The notes under the pieces are model-generated. The model saw nothing but the letters and a program-made list of their open reading frames with translations, was not told the origin of the DNA and did no database searches. Positions 32,587 through 40,545 of a DNA stretch of 64,000 nt are shown one piece after another (position 1 is the stretch's first letter; every line of letters starts with the position of its first letter). This DNA comes from Burkholderiales bacterium (GTDB taxonomy: Bacteria > Pseudomonadota > Gammaproteobacteria > Burkholderiales > SG8-39): NCBI GenBank assembly GCA_050248795.1, contig JBFWRS010000001.1, positions 11,587 to 75,586 on the forward strand. The letters run 5' to 3'. The position numbers and the translations under genes were made by a program.

Positions 32587-33281
32587 AAGCCAGAGACATC
32601 ATGACTTCGCCGGTGATCACCGTCGCGCCCGAGACCACTGTGAAAGAGGTCGCGACGCTGCTCTACGAGTGCCGCATCGGCGCGCTGCCAGTCGTGCAGG
32701 ACGGAAGCGTGGTCGGGATCGTGAGCGAGTCAGACCTGCTACGCCGCCACGAGATCGGCACCGATCGCTTCGAGCGTGCCGGATCGTGGTGGCTGTGCCT
32801 GTTCGGGACGGACGGGTCCCTGCATGACTACGTGCGCTCCCATGCGCGCTTCGCGCGCGACGTGATGACACGCGGGGTGGTGACCGTCACGCCCGATACG
32901 TCGCTCGCGGAGACCGCGCAGTTGCTCGAAGGCCGCAGGATTGGTCGCGTGCCTGTCGTGGACGCCGGCAAGCTCATCGGCATTGTGAGCCGCGCAAACC
33001 TGGTCCAGGCGCTCGCGGCGCGCGCGCCCGCGCCCGCCGAGCCGCAAGCCGTGGATGACGAGAGCATCCGGCGCGCACTGCTCGAGGAGCTGGAGCGTCA
33101 GACGTGGTGGCGCATCGATCGCGCGGCCGTGCTGGTCACCAACGGCGTGGTGCAATTCCAGGGCATGGTTGACACCGACGCCGGCCGTCCGGCCGCGCGC
33201 GTGGCGGCCGAGAATATCCCCGGCGTGCGCGCCGTGGAGGATCACCGTTTCCTCAGCTCGAACGCGCCCACGATGACATGA
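32583..33281 (+). CDS. CBS-pair plus BON domain protein
   Basis: Two CBS motifs (ARDIMTSPVITV...GALPVV, ARDVMTRGVVTV...GRVPVV) and a C-terminal BON-like VVQFQGMVD...AAENIPGVRAVED. ATGA overlap upstream. Confidence 0.8.
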   Translation: MKARDIMTSPVITVAPETTVKEVATLLYECRIGALPVVQDGSVVGIVSESDLLRRHEIGTDRFERAGSWWLCLFGTDGSLHDYVRSHARFARDVMTRGVVTVTPDTSLAETAQLLEGRRIGRVPVVDAGKLIGIVSRANLVQALAARAPAPAEPQAVDDESIRRALLEELERQTWWRIDRAAVLVTNGVVQFQGMVDTDAGRPAARVAAENIPGVRAVEDHRFLSSNAPTMT

Positions 33282-33324
33282 GCGCGAGCGGCCTTTCCTC
33301 AACGTCATCCCCAAGGAGACAGTC

Positions 33325-33897
33325 ATGCATTCGTTCCTGACCATCGCCGATCCCCACGCAGCGCGCAGGATGTTTCTTGCGCGCTCGGGCCTCGTCCTTT
33401 CGGGCGCGGCCGTCGCGCTGCTCGCCGGCCGCGACGCGCTCGCCGCGCGCAGCGGCGCCGGCCGCGCCGACGACGTGCGAATCCTGAACACCGCGCTCGG
33501 CGCGGAGCACGAGGCGGTGGCCGCCTACCAGCTCGGCGCCGAGAGCGGCCTGCTGGAGAAGCCGGCGCTCTCGCTCGCGCTGCAATTCCAGGGCCACCAC
33601 AAGGAGCACGTCGAGCTGCTCGCGCAGACCGTGCGCAAGCTCGGCGGCAGCGCGGTGTCGGCGCGCTCCAAGTACGATTTCCCCGCGCACCAGCTGAAGA
33701 CCCAGGCCGATGTGCTGCGCTTCGCGGCGCAGCTCGAGCGCGGCGCGGTAAGCGCGTACCTCGGCGCGGTTCCCCTGTTCGGCAACCGCGACCTCGCCAA
33801 GGCCGCGGCGAGCATCCTCGGCGACGAAGCGATGCACTGGGCGGTCCTGCGCAACGCGCTAGGCGAGGACCCTGTTCCGGTCGCGTTCGTGTCGTGA
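33325..33897 (+). CDS. Tat-signal ferritin-like domain protein
   Basis: Twin-arginine-like ARRMFLARSGLVLSGAAVALLAG, then ferritin-like helices LNTALGAEHEAVAAY, QGHHKEHV, ERGAVSAY and GDEAMHWAVL. Confidence 0.65.
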   Translation: MHSFLTIADPHAARRMFLARSGLVLSGAAVALLAGRDALAARSGAGRADDVRILNTALGAEHEAVAAYQLGAESGLLEKPALSLALQFQGHHKEHVELLAQTVRKLGGSAVSARSKYDFPAHQLKTQADVLRFAAQLERGAVSAYLGAVPLFGNRDLAKAAASILGDEAMHWAVLRNALGEDPVPVAFVS

Positions 33898-34277
33898 CTG
33901 CGGCGCCGCTTGCGCTCGCCGTGGTCCTGGCGCTCGCCGCGCTGCCCGCGGCGGGGGACGAGGCGCGCGGCGAGCAGGTGTACGCGCGCTGCCTCGCCTG
34001 CCACGCGCTCGCCTATGACCGGGTCGGGCCGCGCCACTGCGGCCTGATCGGCCGGCGCGCCGGCACGGTCCCGGGGTTCGCGTACTCGGAGGCGATGCGG
34101 CAGTCGGGAATCGTGTGGAGCGCGAAGACGATGGATCGCTTCCTGGCCGATCCGTCGGGTGTGGTACCCGGTACGACGATGACCTACGCGGGAGTCCCGG
34201 ATGCACGCGATCGCGCCGATCTGATCGCGTACCTTGCGCGCGCGGGTCGTTCCCCCGAATGCAGCGCGTCGCGATGA
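33894..34277 (+). CDS. class I c-type cytochrome
   Basis: Signal peptide, heme site CLACH, distal Met region GTTMTY. GTGA overlap with the ferritin-like gene. Confidence 0.8.
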   Translation: MTAAPLALAVVLALAALPAAGDEARGEQVYARCLACHALAYDRVGPRHCGLIGRRAGTVPGFAYSEAMRQSGIVWSAKTMDRFLADPSGVVPGTTMTYAGVPDARDRADLIAYLARAGRSPECSASR

Positions 34278-34289
34278 TGGTGCCGTGAC

Positions 34290-34643
34290 GTGATCCACAT
34301 CAAGCGCACCTACGAGCCGCGGGAGAAATCTGACGGGCGCCGCATTCTGGTGGAGCGGCTGTGGCCGCGCGGCATGAGGAAGGAGGCCCTTGCGGCCGAC
34401 GCCTGGGCGAAGGACGTCGCTCCCAGCACCAAGCTGCGCAAGTGGTTCGGGCACCGGGGGGAGCGATGGGCCGAGTTCAGGCGCCGATACCGTACCGAGC
34501 TGGACACGGTTCCCGCCGCGTGGGCGCCGATTCTGGAGGCGGCTGCGCGGGGACGCGTGACGCTGCTCTACAGCGCGCGCGATACCGTTCACAATTGCGC
34601 CGTCGTGCTGCAGGAGTACCTCGGCGAAAGGGCGAAGCGATGA
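34290..34643 (+). CDS. DUF488 family protein (second copy)
   Basis: GTG start. IHIKRTYEP....DG.RILVERLWPRG...AWAKDVAPS..LRKWF.H....W.EF...Y..EL. Confidence 0.75.
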   Translation: MIHIKRTYEPREKSDGRRILVERLWPRGMRKEALAADAWAKDVAPSTKLRKWFGHRGERWAEFRRRYRTELDTVPAAWAPILEAAARGRVTLLYSARDTVHNCAVVLQEYLGERAKR

Positions 34644-34951
34644 CCACGCACCCGGCTGACGTTTCGATCGTCGGCGGCGCACCGAAGCCTGCTGCCCCGA
34701 GCCTTCTCGAGAAGGTTCTGCGCAGCCTCTCCGTGATCACCATGCTGCTGACCGTGCCGCAGGTGCTGGCGGTGTGGGTCGGACCGCATCCCGGCGGCGT
34801 CTCGCTCGTATCCTGGGTCGCGTACCTGGTCGCCGCGTGCCTGTGGTTCGTCTACGGGCTGCAGAGGCGCGACAAGACGATCTACCTCGCCTGCGTCGGC
34901 TGGGTCGTGCTGGATGCGGCGATCGTGGCCGGCGTGATCGTGCGCACCTGA
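34640..34951 (+). CDS. small 3-TM membrane protein, PQ-loop/SemiSWEET-like
   Basis: 103 aa with three hydrophobic segments. The first carries the motif LLTVPQVLAVW. ATGA overlap upstream. Confidence 0.45.
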   Translation: MTTHPADVSIVGGAPKPAAPSLLEKVLRSLSVITMLLTVPQVLAVWVGPHPGGVSLVSWVAYLVAACLWFVYGLQRRDKTIYLACVGWVVLDAAIVAGVIVRT

Positions 34952-34991
34952 AACCGGCGCAACTTCTGGCTTGGCGCGAGGTCATTCAAGT

Positions 34992-35663
34992 ATGGTAAGT
35001 GCTTCTATCGCCTTAGAGGAAGACCCGTCGCGCACTCCAGTGATGCTGTCGCTCCCCGTGCGTGCGCGGCTGCTCGACGCCCTCCTAGCGGGAGGAATCG
35101 GCCTGGCGCACGAATGCGGCGGCAAGCTGGCCTGCGCGACCTGCAGGGTCATCGTGCGCGAAGGCAGCGCCCATCTGGAGCCGGCGAGCGAAGACGAGCT
35201 GGACATGCTGGACGCCGCGGGCGTTCTGGCTCCGCAAGCACGCCTCGCATGCCAGGCGATCGGCCTTGGCGGCGACGTGGTGATCGAGATCCCGCTGATC
35301 GAAGCGGCGCCGCCCGTCGCGATCGCCGCGGGACCCGCGCTTCCCGTTGCGCTCACCGAGCACGCGGCGAGGCACATCGCGTCGCAGCTCGCGAGCCGGC
35401 CGGCTGGGGCCGCCGTGCGCCTCGGCGTCTCGCCCGCGGGCTGCTCGGGTTTCCGCTACCGCCTCGAGTTCGCCGACGCGATCCGCGAGAACGACGTGGT
35501 CTTCGAGAGCCGCGGCGTGCGCATCGCGGTCGAGTCCTCCAGCCTGCCGCACGTGCAGGGGACGAGGCTCGACCTGGTGCGGGAAGGGCTCGCCCGGCGC
35601 CTTCGCTTCGACAACCCGAACGTGCGCAGCACCTGCGGGTGCGGCGAGAGCTTCGGGGTATGA
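34992..35663 (+). CDS. fusion protein: [2Fe-2S] ferredoxin (Fdx/adrenodoxin type) N-terminal domain + IscA/HesB A-type carrier C-terminal domain
   Basis: The N-terminal half has ECGGKLACATCRV...RLACQ (4 Cys ligand pattern of Fdx-type ferredoxins). The C-terminal half has LTEHAARHI...GCSGFRY...CGCGESFGV. Compare iscA and fdx in the same window. Start is ATG 34992 or TTG 34971. Confidence 0.75.
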   Translation: MVSASIALEEDPSRTPVMLSLPVRARLLDALLAGGIGLAHECGGKLACATCRVIVREGSAHLEPASEDELDMLDAAGVLAPQARLACQAIGLGGDVVIEIPLIEAAPPVAIAAGPALPVALTEHAARHIASQLASRPAGAAVRLGVSPAGCSGFRYRLEFADAIRENDVVFESRGVRIAVESSSLPHVQGTRLDLVREGLARRLRFDNPNVRSTCGCGESFGV

Positions 35664-35664
35664 C

Positions 35665-35877
35665 ATGCAGGACGTCGAGCGCTTTCGCATCGGATTCCTC
35701 GTGACGCGCGACGGCGAGGCGGCGGCTGCGGCCTGGGTGCGGCGCACGCTCGCGATCTATCGGCGCGCGGTTCTCGACCCGAAGCATTTCGCGAGCAAGC
35801 CCGACTACCGGCACCTGTTCCTCGCCTCCTGCGCGGAGTTCAGGCGCTGGCTCGCCAAGCGGACGCTCCCGTGCTGA
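35665..35877 (+). CDS. small hypothetical protein
   Basis: 70 aa, starting 1 nt after the fusion-gene stop. Real 3' part of track ORF 35347..35877. No family recognised. Confidence 0.4.
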   Translation: MQDVERFRIGFLVTRDGEAAAAAWVRRTLAIYRRAVLDPKHFASKPDYRHLFLASCAEFRRWLAKRTLPC

Positions 35878-36026
35878 GCCAGGACGAAAAGCTGGACGAG
35901 GCGCTGAAGGACACGTTTCCTGCGAGCGACGCCTTCTACCTCGCACCGGATGACACGCGCGCAGCCGTGAGCGGGCAAGCGAGTACCCCGGGGCCATGCA
36001 TCGCACCCGCCGACCAATCAGGATGA
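35871..36026 (+). CDS. very small hypothetical protein (51 aa) with DEALKDTFPASDA motif
   Basis: Not in the track because it is under 60 aa. The GTG start overlaps the upstream stop by 7 nt. The motif resembles small conserved proteobacterial proteins that I recall only loosely. Confidence 0.3.
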   Translation: MLSQDEKLDEALKDTFPASDAFYLAPDDTRAAVSGQASTPGPCIAPADQSG

Positions 36027-36121
36027 AGCAGTCGCCGGACTCCGGTTTTGACGTAGCTCAATGTACCCTCGCGTTCACGGGATACCATTGCGAAACAGCG
36101 TTTTCAGCATAGGAGGATCCC

Positions 36122-36574
36122 GTGACAGTCGCCATCCCGCTCCCTCTCAAGAAGGAGCACAACGAACTCCACGAGGAGCTCGTACGTGCTACGAAGGAGC
36201 CCGGCGCGGTAGGCGAGGCCGCGAAGAAGGTCGCGCGCCTCCTCCATCCCCACTTCGTATCCGAGGAAGAATATGCCCTTCCGCCGCTCGGGCTGCTGGC
36301 GGCCGTCGCGCGCGGCGAGACGCCGGCTGAAGCCGGGCAAGGGCTTGCTATGGCCGAACGGCTTCGCAAGGAGTTGCCGCGGATGCTCCAGGAACACGGC
36401 GCAATCGTCGAGGCGCTCGCGGAGTTGAGCGAGGCCGCGCAGCGCGAGAGCAAAGCCTGGGTCGTGCGCTTCGCGGAGAATCTCACGCTGCATGCCCAGA
36501 CCGAGGAGGAAGTCCTCTACCCAGCGACGCTGGTTCTCGGAGAGATCCTTCGGCGCCGAGGCGTCAAAGGCTGA
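36122..36574 (+). CDS. hemerythrin-like (HHE-type) domain protein
   Basis: LKKEHNELHEEL...LLHPHFVSEEEYALPPLG...LQEHGAIVEAL...LHAQTEEEVLYPA. Confidence 0.6.
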   Translation: MTVAIPLPLKKEHNELHEELVRATKEPGAVGEAAKKVARLLHPHFVSEEEYALPPLGLLAAVARGETPAEAGQGLAMAERLRKELPRMLQEHGAIVEALAELSEAAQRESKAWVVRFAENLTLHAQTEEEVLYPATLVLGEILRRRGVKG

Positions 36575-36877
36575 CTGCGTCTTTCGGTGCCCCGGCAGGC
36601 GCCGCGGTGTCACATCGTTCCGTCGGGTGATCGCGGGGTCAGGTCTCGATTCACGGGCGAGGAGCCCGGCAAGCTGTGTCGCCTACCGCATACGCCGCCT
36701 GGCGCTCGGCCGCCCGCTCGCGCGCCGACCTGCGCGTGGTGGCGACAAACGAAGACCTACTTGCCCGTGGAGGAGCACCGGACACGCAATCCGGGCACCT
36801 GAGCGTCGCCACGCTCCCCCCCCGGGCGCATGTCGGCGATAATCGCCGAGGTCAGGGGCGTAGGCTTCCCCGGTGCA

Positions 36878-36937
36878 GGTGGCAGTGTAGGTCGTCGCGA
36901 CATCGAGCCTCCCGAGGTGTCGACCTACACCGCCACC
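36878..36937. repeat. 17-bp near-perfect inverted repeat with 26-nt spacer
   Basis: GGTGGCAGTGTAGGTCG (36878-36894) versus the reverse complement of CGACCTACACCGCCACC (36921-36937) matches at 16 of 17 positions. The right arm contains the 12-mer GACCTACACCGC. Confidence 0.85.
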
Positions 36938-37134
36938 GACACTGAAGAGCCCGACAAGGACTTGCAAGGTCTTGCCCAGACATGCCCGGATAAGCGGTCC
37001 GTGAAGGCCTGATTCCTTTGGAACGACAAAACCTCAAAGCGCAGAACGGCAGCGCCGACAAGACCCTGGGTCAGGTCGGAATCTCTGCCCACACTCCGGT
37101 GATGCAGCAGCGTTTTTTCCCTATGAGAATTGGC

Positions 37135-37170
37135 GTAGGTTTGGGTGACCTACACCGCGACCTACACCGC
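37135..37170. repeat. short hairpin plus perfect tandem 12-mer (GACCTACACCGC x2)
   Basis: GTAGGT (37135-40) N7 ACCTAC (37148-53), then GACCTACACCGC at 37147-37158 and again at 37159-37170. Confidence 0.85.
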
Positions 37171-37323
37171 TAATACTTGTCCAGTCTTGAACATCACGCG
37201 GTAACCATGCCTCCGCGCAGCGGCCGCAATCGGCCAGAAGCAGTCGTTCGCTGCCAAAATGATGCTTTGCGTCAGCACTTTCACCTCGTGCGCTTTGTTT
37301 ACGCAGGCCCGGATTTCGTAGGC

Positions 37324-39340
37324 CTACACCTTAAGTAGTTCATCGCATTGCCGGGTGATGTGTTCCGGCACTGAATCGAATCGGCGCGGATTCAACTGCA
37401 TGATGTATTCGTTCTCCACGTGGTAAGTCTCGTTGATATATTTCTTCACCAAGTCGTTATCCGGCACATCTGGTGTAACGATTCGGAATAGCTGCAACTT
37501 CTCATACCGATTCTTCGTCGCTTTATAGGCCGCGAGCATCTGTGCCTCATCTTTGACTCGGGCCAAGAGCTGAGCGTAGTCGAACGTCGACAACTTTTCC
37601 TTAATCCGCGCGGTGGCCTTTTCAATTTCCGCCGCCGTCATCGCTGTCCCGTCAGCTCTGGTCGGTAGTTCGCGCTTATGTAGAAGGCTCGACAGTAGGT
37701 TGTACTCATCTCCCTTATCGTCAGCGATTTCGTAGTTTCGCCGCAGATACACCAATTGGATGATCGGTTCGTTTACGGCCTGGAGATTCTCGCTGCAGAT
37801 CTGGCCGAACGACACGATATCGACCTTCGTAACAGGTAGCTCGGCTATGTGCCCGCTCTGCGCGGTTAGAAACGACGCGAGCGGCATGGGCTGGAAGCTG
37901 GCTCCGACGGTCTTGACTAGATCAATTACCGGCTCAATGTCGTGTGTAAGCATCAAGGCAGTGCGACCCTGAAAGCTATCCTTGCCTCGGAACAGCGTAG
38001 TCAAGATCGCGAATTTCTTGGTCTTATCAAATGACGAAATCGGATCGTCTAGAACGACTAAGTCGGGATTCTTCGTAAGGCAGTCGTACATGAAGAGGAC
38101 GAGCGCGAAAGCGTTCTTTTCGCCATAGCTGAGATGTGCCCCGCCGTTTTCTATGTAGTTGGCGAAATCCTCATGCTTGAGCTTCATCTTGTACGTCACA
38201 CCATCCAACTGAATATCGACCGCGTATCGGTAGCCAGCATTTCGCAGAAAGGTGTTTATCTCGGCTTTGTACTTGCCGATTGTTTTCTCAATAGCATGCT
38301 TCTGTTTGTTCACCTCCCCTTGTAGCTGTCCGGCCTTTGCCAGGACCTTATCCAAGCATTTGTTCACCTCATCCACTATCTTGCGGGTCGATTCCGCGTT
38401 GACGTGATGGAGAAGCGAGAGGTCTATTTTCATGTCGGAAAGAATCTGTTGAGCCTCTTGGACTTTCTCTATCTCACGCAAATAGAAGAACGAAATGCCC
38501 TTGGCACTACCTAGTTTTCCGCGCAGCGTATCCGTCTGGGCCTTGATCTCCTTCAGGTAGTTGATGGCCTCTGCGCTTGGTGCCTGGTGATGCCGCAAGA
38601 TCTCTTCTAGCTTCTTCAAAGTTTCGGCGCTGAAGTAAGTTCCTAAGCGCGAGACAATGCCCTGCAGCGCCACGAGATGTTCTATTGCTTTAGCGTCATA
38701 CTCGTCAGCGACGGCGAGGATGGTGTCCTTCTTATCGGCGGTAGGAGCCGTACAGAACGGACAGTTGTCCGACAGACCTAAGAACTCCTTACCTTGAAGC
38801 TGCCACTTAATCCACTGTATATTTGTGGGACTCTTAATGAAGTCGCTATAGCCCGTTAGCTTCTCTGGGACGTGCTCTAGTTTGTTTCCCTTAGCTAGTC
38901 CACGCGCAATTCGTCCGGACTTCGCATAGCCAGATTGCGACTTGCCAAAGCTCTCACTTAATGCAAGCAAGTCATTTATTACGCGATCAATGTCTTCATT
39001 CTTGCGAAAGATCTGCTGGATATCTTCAACCATTCCTTCGATCTCTTTCATCTTCGTGTCGTAATCGGCGTTGCGGACGAAGATGTCGAAGCTGTTCTTT
39101 ACGAGTTCATCCGGTTGAAAGACGAACTGGCTTATATAGCCTTCGTTGAACGTCGCCACCGACTTGAAGCCATCCGCCCCTTGTACTTGGGGTTGTTTGT
39201 CTGCTGATTTGTCGCCGCGAAATTTGAACGGCTGAAGTTCGGCCAGCTTCGCGCCTCCGCCTTCGGCGTTCAAGGCGATCGCTTTGGCAATCGTGCTCTT
39301 TCCCACACCATTCGGGCCGTACTTGACATTAAGTCGCCCC
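37324..39340 (-). pseudogene. 5'-truncated AAA_13-type (RloC/PrrC-like, Rad50-like) ABC ATPase, cut by the IS3 element
   Basis: In-frame codons GRLNVKYGPNGVGKST (Walker A) run directly into the IS end at 39341 with no N-terminus left. A CPFC zinc-hook-like motif sits in a long coiled-coil insert. Also present: LSYGEKNAF signature, LVVLDDPISSFD Walker B and MLTHD H-loop. GC is clearly lower than the surroundings. Confidence 0.75.
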
Positions 39341-39406
39341 TGAGCTGCCCGGCTTTTTCTGTACCAGGTTGAGTGTTGTAGTGTTCAACGTGGAAGGAGA
39401 AGGCGC

Positions 39407-39685
39407 ATGGCGAATAAAAAGTATAGCCCGGAGCAGGCGGTGGCGAGGCTTCGGCAGATCGAAGTGCTGCAGGCAGGGGGCAAGTCGATTCCGGCGGCAT
39501 GCAAGGAAGCGGGGATCACGGATGTCACGTACTACCGCTGGAGGAAGGAGTACGGCGGGCTGAAGGTGGACCAGGCCAGGAAGTTGAAGGACCTGGAGCG
39601 CGAGAACCAGCGGCTTAAAAAGTTGGTGGCGGACCTGTCGCTGGAGAAGGCGATCCTGAAGGACGTGGCCGAGGGAAACTTCTGA
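39407..39685 (+). CDS. IS3 transposase OrfA (HTH + leucine zipper)
   Basis: 92 aa with ...[57 protein letters not shown]. Confidence 0.9.
   Translation: MANKKYSPEQAVARLRQIEVLQAGGKSIPAACKEAGITDVTYYRWRKEYGGLKVDQARKLKDLERENQRLKKLVADLSLEKAILKDVAEGNF
39673..39679 (+). promoter_or_regulatory. -1 programmed ribosomal frameshift heptamer G GGA AAC
   Basis: X XXY YYZ pattern in the orfA frame, 4 nt before the orfA stop. The orfB frame is open from here. Confidence 0.6.
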
Positions 39686-40545
39686 GCCCCGAGCGGCGGC
39701 GCAAAGCCGTCGCGCATGCTCGGGGCAAGTACGGTGTGTCGGAGAGGAAGGCCTGTGCGGTGCTCGCGCAGCCCAGAGGCACGCAGCGCTACGTGCCGAC
39801 GGTGCGAGCCGACGAGGACCTGCTCACGCAGGCGATCGTGCGCTTGGCGTGCCAGTACGGGCGCTACGGCTACCGGATGGTCGCCGGGATGCTCAGGTAC
39901 GGCGGCTGGCGGGTGGGCGAGGAGCGGGTACACCGGATCTGGAGGAAGGAAGGGCTGAAGGTGCCCAGGAAGCAAAAGCCCCGCGGGCGGCTGTGGCTGA
40001 ACGATGGCAGCTGCATACGGCTGAGAGCCGAGCGGGCGAACCACGTGTGGAGCTACGACTTCGTGACGACCTGGACGCACGACGGGCGGGTGCTGAGGCT
40101 CTTGACGCTGATCGACGAGTACACGCGCGAGTGCCTGGCGATCATGGTGGCAAGGAGCATCGGCGCGCAGCAGGTGATCGAGCTGCTGGCCGAGGTGATG
40201 TTGCGCAGGGGAATCCCGGAACACATCCGCTCGGACAACGGGCCGGAGTTCACCGCCAAGGTGCTGCGGCAGTGGTTGGGGCAGATCGGCGCGAACACGC
40301 TTTACATCGCGCCGGGCAGCCCGTGGGAGAACGGCTACTGCGAGAGCTTCAACGGCACGCTGAGGGATGAGCTGCTGAACGGGGAGATCTTCTACAGCCT
40401 TAACGAGGCGCGGATCGTGATCGAGCGCTGGCGGCGCGAGTACAACGAGGTGAGGCCGCACAGCTCGCTGGGCTACAGGCCGCCGGCGCCGGCGGCCTGT
40501 AGCCACTACCCCGCTGCGCTCGATGAGCCGCAGGCTATGCAGTAA
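39673..40545 (+). CDS. IS3 transposase OrfB frame (DDE integrase core), expressed as an OrfAB fusion by -1 frameshift
   Basis: The -1 frame reads ...[30 protein letters not shown]... Later come WSYDFV (D), IRSDNGPEF (D) and [16 protein letters not shown] (E). Confidence 0.85.
   Translation, partial: GKLLSPERRRKAVAHARGKYGVSERKACAVLAQPRGTQRYVPTVRADEDLLTQAIVRLACQYGRYGYRMVAGMLRYGGWRVGEERVHRIWRKEGLKVPRKQKPRGRLWLNDGSCIRLRAERANHVWSYDFVTTWTHDGRVLRLLTLIDEYTRECLAIMVARSIGAQQVIELLAEVMLRRGIPEHIRSDNGPEFTAKVLRQWLGQIGANTLYIAPGSPWENGYCESFNGTLRDELLNGEIFYSLNEARIVIERWRREYNEVRPHSSLGYRPPAPAACSHYPAALDEPQAMQ

Noticed and set aside
36878-36937. Interpreting the inverted repeat as an integron attC, a plasmid oriT or a Tn3/Tn7/Tn402 end
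   Set aside because: I could not find the GTTRRRY/RYYYAAC core sites, a known nic consensus, or terminal TGT/GGGG-type transposon ends. The function is left open.
36575-37323. tRNA gene or tRNA 3' fragment as an island attachment site
   Set aside because: I could find no T-loop-like GGTTCGAATCC-type sequence or cloverleaf-compatible segment by eye. I also recognised no tRNA, rRNA or CRISPR array anywhere else in the window.
37324-37450. HEPN-type Rx4-6H nuclease motif in the ATPase C-terminus (..NPRRFDSVPEH..)
   Set aside because: A single R-x6-H spacing, without the usual polar residue after Arg and without supporting alignment, is too weak. It is mentioned only as something an HMM or structure search could test.
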